NCBI GenBank assembly: GCA_043822705.1
Contig: JBDRBK010000013.1
Span: 1-38,870, forward strand
Length of the DNA stretch: 38,870 nucleotides
Reading direction: 5' to 3'
Origin: Fidelibacterota bacterium
GTDB lineage: Bacteria; Fidelibacterota; Marinisomatia; Marinisomatales; TCS56
Part shown: positions 1-7,168 of the stretch, in pieces
Layout: each line of letters starts with the position of its first letter
How positions within the stretch are numbered: position 1 is the stretch's first letter
Notes under the pieces: model-generated
Databases searched by the model: none
What the model saw: only the letters and a program-made list of their open reading frames with translations
What the model was told of the DNA's origin: nothing
Position numbers and translations under genes: made by a program

Positions 1-350
1 ACCGAACCCGGCCGGATCATCTACGAACCCCAGGCCGGCGAGACCATCATCCCGGGTCAGCACGAACCGATCCACGTGGTCGTCCCCTTCGGGGAGGTTC
101 GCGTGGGGTACCGCACCGTGCTTCGGTGCCACTGGGAGACCGGCGCCAACGAGGGGGGACGGTTCTTCGAGGCCATCGGTGTCTTCGACGCCCACGGTCC
201 CATGCTGTCCCGGGAGGTGGTGGTCCGTCATCCGGCCTCGCGGCCGCTCCACGGTACCCTCCTCGGTGAGGGTGAGTACGAACGCTCCGAGGAAGCGGAG
301 CAGGTCATCCAGCGCTGGACATTCGGACCGCAGCCTGCGCCGTCGAAGGA
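1..350 (+). other. GC-rich coding fragment of unknown origin, in frame with pyrK (probable chimera or foreign DNA)
   Basis: Frame 1 is open from base 1 (TEPGRIIYEPQAGETIIPG...) with almost all-G/C third positions. Composition switches abruptly to AT-richer sequence at ~355-375. No resemblance to a PyrK N-terminus. Confidence 0.6.
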
Positions 351-954
351 CGCCGACAATCACGAAATCACAATAATTTACAAGACTTTCGGCCCAGCCA
401 CAAAATCACTGTCTGATAAGAACAACGATGAAATTATTGACCTGATCGGTCCGCTTGGCAATACATTTTCCGGGTACGAAGAAAATTCTCATCTTCCGAT
501 CCTTGTTGGTGGTGGCGTCGGTCTGGCGCCGATTCTGTGGCTCCACCAGAAATTGAAACAGTCGAAAATCAAACATATCCTAATTATCGGCGCCCAAACC
601 GCCGATGAACATTTTATTGCTGACAACCCGCAGGAAAATATCTATCTGACCACCGACGATGGTACCCTGGGATTACGCGGTACGGTAATGCCGGTCTTGA
701 ATAGACTGCTGGGCGAAATCACCAATCCCAGTATTTTCGCCTGCGGACCGCTGGCGATGCTGAAAGCGATCCAGGCGGTGGCCGTGATCGACCGGGTACC
801 CGCACAACTGTCAGTCGAAAGTTATATGGCCTGTGGCTTAGGGTTATGCCAGGGCTGCGCGATTCCGCTGGCAACCGATAACAACAGTCGGAATTACTCG
901 CTGGTCTGCCGGGATGGACCGGTATATGCCGCCGAAGAGGTCAGTTTTGCCTGA
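349..954 (+). CDS. pyrK: Dihydroorotate dehydrogenase electron transfer subunit (5'-truncated; ORF track calls a chimeric 76..954)
   Basis: IGPLGN, LVGGGVGLAP NAD-binding motif, ACGP, [2Fe-2S] motif MACGLGLCQGC...VCRDGPV; directly upstream of pyrD. Confidence 0.88.
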   Translation, partial: DADNHEITIIYKTFGPATKSLSDKNNDEIIDLIGPLGNTFSGYEENSHLPILVGGGVGLAPILWLHQKLKQSKIKHILIIGAQTADEHFIADNPQENIYLTTDDGTLGLRGTVMPVLNRLLGEITNPSIFACGPLAMLKAIQAVAVIDRVPAQLSVESYMACGLGLCQGCAIPLATDNNSRNYSLVCRDGPVYAAEEVSFA

Positions 955-1867
955 TTTGCGCACTAGAATTGGTTCGGTGGAATTCGCCAATCCGATATTC
1001 GTGGCCTCCGGTACTTACGGCTACGGCACCGAAGCCGCAGGACTCACGGATATCAGCGGTATCGGAGCTGTGATTACCAAATCAGTCACGCTGAACCCAC
1101 GAGTCGGCAATCCGCCGCCACGGATCGTTGAGACCGCCAGTGGAATGATAAATTCCATCGGGCTGGCCAATATCGGGATCGATCGCTACCTTTCGGAACT
1201 GCTGCCGATCTATCGGAATTTCCCGACCGCCGTCATCATGAATATCGCCGGATCTACCACTGCGGAATACCGGCAGGTGCTCGAAAAAGCCGAATCGGTT
1301 TCGTCCGACATCGTCGGTTATGAAATTAATATTTCCTGCCCCAACGTGAAGGAAGGGGGGATGGAATTCGGCGTCAGCCAGGAGGCGACGGCCCGTTTGA
1401 CCGCCGATTTGCGCGGGCTGACCGAGCGCCTGCTGATTATGAAGCTGAGTCCTAATGTCACCGACATTTCGGCCATCGGCAAGGCGGCCGAAGCTGCCGG
1501 CGCCGACGCCGTCTCAGCCATCAACACGCTGGTGGGAATGAGCATCAATCCGAAAACCTGGCAGAGCAATATTTTCACTACCTTCGGCGGGCTGTCCGGT
1601 CCGGCTATCAAACCGGTGGCGATTGCCGCCGTGCACAAGCTATACCGGCAGCTAACAATCCCAGTGATCGGGATCGGCGGAATCACTACTGCCGGCGATG
1701 TCGTCGAATTCGCTCTGGCCGGCGCCACGGCGGTACAGATCGGGACGGCCAATTTCCGCGATCCGGCTGTTGGTATAAAAATCCGCGATGATCTGGAAAA
1801 ATATCTGGCGGCAATGAATCTCACGAATTTTGAGGATATCCGGGGCAGAGTCCGACTGTGGAGTTGA
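947..1867 (+). CDS. pyrD: Dihydroorotate dehydrogenase (family 1B) catalytic subunit
   Basis: NPIFVASGTYG, TKS, GNPPPR, EINISCPN, KLSPN, GGLSGPAIKP, IGIGGI. Likely TTG start at 947 after GAGG, overlapping the pyrK stop. Confidence 0.95.
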   Translation: MPDLRTRIGSVEFANPIFVASGTYGYGTEAAGLTDISGIGAVITKSVTLNPRVGNPPPRIVETASGMINSIGLANIGIDRYLSELLPIYRNFPTAVIMNIAGSTTAEYRQVLEKAESVSSDIVGYEINISCPNVKEGGMEFGVSQEATARLTADLRGLTERLLIMKLSPNVTDISAIGKAAEAAGADAVSAINTLVGMSINPKTWQSNIFTTFGGLSGPAIKPVAIAAVHKLYRQLTIPVIGIGGITTAGDVVEFALAGATAVQIGTANFRDPAVGIKIRDDLEKYLAAMNLTNFEDIRGRVRLWS

Positions 1868-2307
1868 GACCTAAAATACTGTCGGTTATTCTGATCCTGT
1901 TGCTGATCAGCTGCGCCTCATCACCGCGCTATGGTACCGACGGTACGGTAAAAAAACCGGCTACCCGTAAAACTCCGCGCCACCCCTGGGTGATCGAGGG
2001 CGTCAGTTCCTTCTATGGACCGGATTTTCACGGCAAGCTGACCGCCAATGGCGAGGTCTATGATATGTACGGACTGACGGCCGCGCACAAAACCTTGCCG
2101 CTCAATACGATTGCGCGGGTGACCAACCTGGAAAACGACAAGTCGCTGATATTACGAATTAACGACCGTGGTCCCTATGTGCAGGGCCGCATCCTTGATT
2201 GTTCCTACGGCGCGGCGGTCAAACTCGGTTTCACCGAACAGGGAACGACCAGGGTCAGGATCGAGATTATTGAGTTGGGGGACGACCAATACATGAAGCA
2301 CGATTAA
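1858..2307 (+). CDS. rlpA: Septal ring lytic transglycosylase RlpA family lipoprotein
   Basis: Lipobox LLISC; SFYGPDFHGKLTANGE, TAAHKTLP, RINDRGPY, ILDCSYGAA (DPBB domain). Confidence 0.92.
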   Translation: MELRPKILSVILILLLISCASSPRYGTDGTVKKPATRKTPRHPWVIEGVSSFYGPDFHGKLTANGEVYDMYGLTAAHKTLPLNTIARVTNLENDKSLILRINDRGPYVQGRILDCSYGAAVKLGFTEQGTTRVRIEIIELGDDQYMKHD

Positions 2308-2333
2308 ACCAAACAACGAAATTGGGGAGAATT

Positions 2334-3227
2334 ATGGCTAAAAAACGGTATTATCTTTTGGCGAATCCGGAGGGCGGAGCAAAAAATGTAATCGGGATTA
2401 TCAATGAGATCAAGCCGGTATTTGAGGCTGCCGGGGCCGAGTTGATGATTCACGAAACATCCTGGTCGCGACATGCCAGTGAAATCACCCGCGATATGGA
2501 TTTTGACAATTATGACGGATTGTGCACGGTCGGGGGCGATGGAACGGTGCATGAAACAATTAACGGATTGCTAAAGCGCCGGGATGGTAAAAAAATTCCG
2601 CTGGGATTGATTCCCGGGGGGAGCGGAAATTCTTTTCTTTGGGGACTTGGTTGTCACAACCCGATCGACGCCGCGCAACGCATTTTAAAGGGCGAAACCG
2701 GGCTGATCGATGTAGCCGAGATGACGATGGGCGATGAGATATTGTATTCGTTCAATATCATCGGCTGGGGATTGGTCACGGCCATTAATCATACTTCGGA
2801 AAAATTCCGCTGGTGGCCGAAACAACGTTACAATCTGGCAACGGTAATCGAATTAATCCGTTTGAAAGCACGGGCGACTAAGCTGATTGTCGATGGTAAA
2901 GAAATCGACGGCAAGGTCGCTTTCCTGATTGCCTGCAATACTCCCTATACCGGTGTGGGCATGAAAATGGCACCCAAGGCGTCGCTGAATGATGGAAAAA
3001 TTGACCTGATTGTAGTAAACGATGCCACGCGGATGCAGATGCTGAAGTTGTTTCCGAAAGTGTTTGACGGCAGTCATATCGAATCCGATCTGGTGGATTA
3101 TTACCAGGCCGAAACCTTTGAATTAATCCCGGAAATCAACGATTTACTGGATGTGGACGGCGAATTGACCGGCACAACCCCGTTCAAGGTAAAAATGATT
3201 CCACAGGCAGTGGAAATTTTTATGTAA
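2334..3227 (+). CDS. Diacylglycerol kinase / YegS-BmrU family lipid kinase
   Basis: NPEGG, GGDGTVHE, IPGGSGNSF, DVDGE motifs; ATG at 2334 preferred over TTG at 2322. Confidence 0.88.
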   Translation: MAKKRYYLLANPEGGAKNVIGIINEIKPVFEAAGAELMIHETSWSRHASEITRDMDFDNYDGLCTVGGDGTVHETINGLLKRRDGKKIPLGLIPGGSGNSFLWGLGCHNPIDAAQRILKGETGLIDVAEMTMGDEILYSFNIIGWGLVTAINHTSEKFRWWPKQRYNLATVIELIRLKARATKLIVDGKEIDGKVAFLIACNTPYTGVGMKMAPKASLNDGKIDLIVVNDATRMQMLKLFPKVFDGSHIESDLVDYYQAETFELIPEINDLLDVDGELTGTTPFKVKMIPQAVEIFM

Positions 3228-3230
3228 TAG

Positions 3231-4004
3231 TTACCAATCCAGTTGGTAACCAAGGCGTTGCATCAATTCCCCGGCAATCGTAACGACAAACTGATTATCG
3301 GCCGGCGTCAGTTGATTACGCCAACCGTTTACCTGTCCCTGGCCGGGACTGATGACATTTTTATTTTTTTCCGGCCGGTGAGGTTGTTGCGGGACGGATC
3401 GCTCCAGATAAGCTCCGATTTTTCCTACTGTCGCTTCAAAATTTAAATTCAGCTCTTCATATTTGATCAGACAGACTGGTGCTATCGTTGAAGATTCAAT
3501 CCAACTGGTTACATGATCCTGCCAGCGATGTAATATCGATGGGTGCTGCTGTTTCTGGTAACGGAGCATGGCTCCACTGGGGGCAGCCTGAATGTACTCG
3601 CCAATTGTAGCGGAGATCGGCCCCTCTTCCCAGCCCTGATCGCGATAGGTTTTCATTAATTTCCATTGACTGACCAGAGTATCCCGGGGGTCGCGATAGA
3701 TATAGAACAGGTGAAACTGGTCAGTGAGATAATCCATAATCCCATCGAAAAATGCTACTGCGTGGTGACTTTTCAGAATGTTAAGGACCGGTTTATCCTC
3801 AGTCGGCTTGATATAATTCAACAGGGTCTGTGGCGAATGAAAATTCAAACCCAGCTCAAAATCCAGATTCCACCAGGGCGCCGAGATAAAGTTAAAATTA
3901 TAGGCGATCGTATTCATTAAAAAGTGGGTTCCTGAGCGCTCATGACTGATGACGGCCACCTTTTTCGCCGGTACGGGTCCGACCTGCAAAGTTATGTTAC
4001 TCAT
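3231..4004 (-). CDS. PAPS-dependent sulfotransferase domain protein
   Basis: 5'-PSB-like VISHERSGTHFL, LKSH, 3'-PB IYRDPRDTLVS, KYEEL, GQVNGWRN, LMQRLGY. Confidence 0.85.
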   Translation of the reverse strand: MSNITLQVGPVPAKKVAVISHERSGTHFLMNTIAYNFNFISAPWWNLDFELGLNFHSPQTLLNYIKPTEDKPVLNILKSHHAVAFFDGIMDYLTDQFHLFYIYRDPRDTLVSQWKLMKTYRDQGWEEGPISATIGEYIQAAPSGAMLRYQKQQHPSILHRWQDHVTSWIESSTIAPVCLIKYEELNLNFEATVGKIGAYLERSVPQQPHRPEKNKNVISPGQGQVNGWRNQLTPADNQFVVTIAGELMQRLGYQLDW

Positions 4005-4394
4005 AATTATTGAGGATAATCCAAATTTTAAACAATATCACCGTTTCAATTCCCGTGCCATTGATTAAGTGGCGCTTAATTGCAGGGAAACCACCTATAT
4101 TCTGAATCTGATCGGGAATAATTTTCCCGATGAAATGAATTATTCGCAGTTCAAGACCGGTAGTATGAGTCCTTTTTGCTTATACCGAGTAATTCATGAT
4201 ATTTCTTATTTTAGTGTTTCATGTCTAAATTCACCGAAACCAGGGAACACGAGGGAGCGGCGCGCTCCAATTCAGCCGGGACCGACGGAAATCACTATTG
4301 GTATGCCGTAAATACCTATATGATAATTGCAAATCCAGAATTACAGGATTGGCCCGAATAATGATAATCAGTCCAGTGGCAATTGAATACAATT

Positions 4395-5282
4395 ATGAAA
4401 AGAAAATCAATATTGATCGTCGATGATGAACCGACTCATCGACTGCTTGTCGAAAAGATACTAAAAGAATATGACGTTACACACGCTGACAGTGGCAGAC
4501 AGATGTGGGAATTATTAAATGAAAACAAGCCATCAATAATATTAATGGACGTTATGATGCCGGAAGTCGACGGCTTTCAACTGCTCAATAATTTGTGCGC
4601 GAACGAAGAAACTAAAGATATTCCGGTATTATTTCTATCGGCACGCGACGATGGCAATGATGTTGAATTGGGACTGGGCCTGGGCGGCTATGATTATATA
4701 AAAAAACCATTTAATCAGCTCGAATTAAAAGCACGTATTAAATCCGCCCTGAACCGGAAGGAGACCGAGGACGAACTTAAAATGCTCTCAATGCTCGACT
4801 CATTGACCAGCCTGTATAATCGGCGGTACTTTGACAATTCCTTTGAAAAACAGTTATCATACGTTTGTCGAAATCATCTTAACCTTTCGATCGGAATAAT
4901 GGACTTGGATGAATTCAAGCTGATCAATGATCGCCATGGTCACCAGGCCGGCGATTTTATTATCAGATCATTTGCGGATAAAATGAAGCAGAGTGTCCGG
5001 AAATATGATATTGTCGCACGCTTCGGCGGTGAAGAGTTTATAATCATGTTTTTTGACTGTGGAAAAGCGATGGCCAAAACAATAATGGATCGGATCAAGG
5101 ATGAAATTGCTCAATCCAGTTATGAATATAATTCCGATAAAATAAAATTCACGTTCAGCGGAGGAATTTCCGAATTGGCCGATGTGGATTCCGATACGAT
5201 TACAGCCGAGCAGTTGATAAGTATTGCGGATCGACGCCTATATAGTGCCAAGCAAGACGGAAGGAACCGTATTTATGCCTGA
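4395..5282 (+). CDS. Response-regulator diguanylate cyclase (REC + GGDEF)
   Basis: ILIVDDE, ILMDVMMP, DYIKKPF; DSLTSLYNRR, DLDEFKLINDRHGHQAGD, RKYD I-site and GGEEF active site. Confidence 0.93.
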   Translation: MKRKSILIVDDEPTHRLLVEKILKEYDVTHADSGRQMWELLNENKPSIILMDVMMPEVDGFQLLNNLCANEETKDIPVLFLSARDDGNDVELGLGLGGYDYIKKPFNQLELKARIKSALNRKETEDELKMLSMLDSLTSLYNRRYFDNSFEKQLSYVCRNHLNLSIGIMDLDEFKLINDRHGHQAGDFIIRSFADKMKQSVRKYDIVARFGGEEFIIMFFDCGKAMAKTIMDRIKDEIAQSSYEYNSDKIKFTFSGGISELADVDSDTITAEQLISIADRRLYSAKQDGRNRIYA

Positions 5283-5473
5283 ATACTGCGATTCAATGTA
5301 ACCAATAAAAACTATTGACTGATTTTCCCTGGAAAAATTAAAACATACTAACACCACCGTTTGGCGAAATAATCATTAACATTTCCATAATTATTCGAAA
5401 TTATTGAGCATTAATGTCAGTTGTTTTGCGTGCCCGTGAATCTTAATTTTCGCTCTGTTTTAATCCGGTGGAT

Positions 5474-6298
5474 ATGAAAGATACGTTTATCAATAGGTTG
5501 CTTGTCAATGTGCTGGGCATACCCGGCATTCTCCTGCTGTTATGGCTTGGGGGTATATATTTCGCCTGTTTCATCGGTCTCGTTGTCCTGATAGCGCTGT
5601 GGGAGTTCTATAATATCAATGGCAAGAAGGCCGTTCGTCCCCAGGTCTGGGTTGGCCTGCTGGCGGCTTTGCCGGTGGTCGCGATGTATTTCACCGGAAT
5701 TCCCACTAGTGCCGCCCTGATCAGCGGGATTATCGTCTTTGTGCTAATTGTTCTGTCGTACGAGATGTTCCGCAACCTCCCGGGCGCCACTGCCAATATT
5801 GCCGTGACTATTGCCGGTGTTCTGTACATACCGACTTTGTTGGGGACACTGGTCGCTCTGCGGGTTTGGGACACTACGGTTGGGTCGCACCTGACGTTTG
5901 CTGTTTTTGTGTCAGTCTGGATCTGTGATTCCGCCGCCTATGCTTTCGGAAAACAATGGGGCCGTAAAAAAATGGCCGAACGGATCAGTCCCAAGAAGAC
6001 CGTTGTCGGTTGTGTCGGGGGAGTAGCCGGTGCTTTTCTGACCTATGCAATTATTTACAAAACCGGTTATCTGGGCGGCCCGTTCGGTATTATCGATATC
6101 GTCGTATTTTCAATTATTACCGGCATTTTCGGGCAGGCCGGCGATTTTGCCCAATCGCTGATAAAACGCGATATGGGTGTTAAGGATTCCGGCGCTCTGC
6201 TGATGGCACACGGCGGAGTATTTGACCGGTTCGACTCGCTGTTGTTTGCCGGTCCGTTGACCTTCGCCTATGTGTATTTCATCCACGGTATCATTTAA
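5474..6298 (+). CDS. cdsA: Phosphatidate cytidylyltransferase
   Basis: Multi-TM; WICDSAAYAFG, ISPKKT, GDFAQSLIKRDMGVKDSG, HGGVFDRFDS. Confidence 0.95.
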   Translation: MKDTFINRLLVNVLGIPGILLLLWLGGIYFACFIGLVVLIALWEFYNINGKKAVRPQVWVGLLAALPVVAMYFTGIPTSAALISGIIVFVLIVLSYEMFRNLPGATANIAVTIAGVLYIPTLLGTLVALRVWDTTVGSHLTFAVFVSVWICDSAAYAFGKQWGRKKMAERISPKKTVVGCVGGVAGAFLTYAIIYKTGYLGGPFGIIDIVVFSIITGIFGQAGDFAQSLIKRDMGVKDSGALLMAHGGVFDRFDSLLFAGPLTFAYVYFIHGII

Positions 6299-6338
6299 GC
6301 CGGCGGGTTTCTTTGTCAATAATCAGAACCGGATCAGA

Positions 6339-6767
6339 ATGCAGGATGACAGTTTAAACTCACAATTTACCTGGAGGGCGCATCCGGCAAAACTGGATAC
6401 CCGCAAGACCGCCGGCGCCCTGTTGATCATCCTGATACTTTCCATCACCGTGTATTTATCATTCGACAGTCTGCTCTGGAGCTTATTCGCACTGGGAATT
6501 TTGTTCATCACATTGAATCGCTATTTCTTTGCCAGCAGTTTTACCATCGATTCGACCGGTATTACCGCCAGTTATCCTCTTACCAGTCGGCATTTCGACT
6601 GGGTAGACATTAAAAGCTTTGGTTATGGTCAAGCTGGTGGAATCCTTTCAACCCGGCAGAATCCGACTCGCTGGGACAGTCAACGCGGGCTGCAGCTGTA
6701 TTTCAACGGGCAGCGGGAAACTGTTATCGAATTGATAAATCGCAATCTGGCGGCCGCAGCAAAATGA
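6339..6767 (+). CDS. Hypothetical membrane protein (2 TM + PH-like beta domain)
   Basis: Two hydrophobic helices, then FTIDSTGI...FDWVDIKS typical of bacterial PH-like domains; ATGA overlap with next gene. Confidence 0.7.
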   Translation: MQDDSLNSQFTWRAHPAKLDTRKTAGALLIILILSITVYLSFDSLLWSLFALGILFITLNRYFFASSFTIDSTGITASYPLTSRHFDWVDIKSFGYGQAGGILSTRQNPTRWDSQRGLQLYFNGQRETVIELINRNLAAAAK

Positions 6768-7168
6768 AGGAATGGCTGAAAAAAGCGTTTTTGGTTGATT
6801 CACCGACGGATATGGAATTATCCGAACAGCAGAAACTGGTAATTGATAAAGTCTGCCGCGAAGTAGTGCGACGGCACATGACGACACCGGCGCTGGTATT
6901 TCTGGAATCCTTCCGACCGCTCAGCTATATCGGTTCGCAGTTGATGCATTTTTTTCAACCAATTGTCTCAGCCGTCCTGACCAGCGGCAATTATGAACTG
7001 TTCGCCCGGTTTCTGGAACAGCGCAACAGTGTCGATTATCTCTGCCGTCGCATAGAATTTTTTGAAACGGAATATTCCACTAAAGAACATCAGAAAACGG
7101 TAGTCGCCGAAACCCCGATTCCGCAAACCACCGATTCCGATCAAACCGATGAAACGAAAGAACGATGA
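6764..7168 (+). CDS. Hypothetical helical protein, translationally coupled to the glmL-like gene
   Basis: ATGA overlaps at both ends; protein-like core VVRRHMTTPALVFLESFRPLSYIGSQ. Confidence 0.8.
   Translation: MKEWLKKAFLVDSPTDMELSEQQKLVIDKVCREVVRRHMTTPALVFLESFRPLSYIGSQLMHFFQPIVSAVLTSGNYELFARFLEQRNSVDYLCRRIEFFETEYSTKEHQKTVVAETPIPQTTDSDQTDETKER

Noticed and set aside
4069..4311. 80-aa ORF between the sulfotransferase and DGC
   Set aside because: No RBS or motifs; lies in a divergent promoter region
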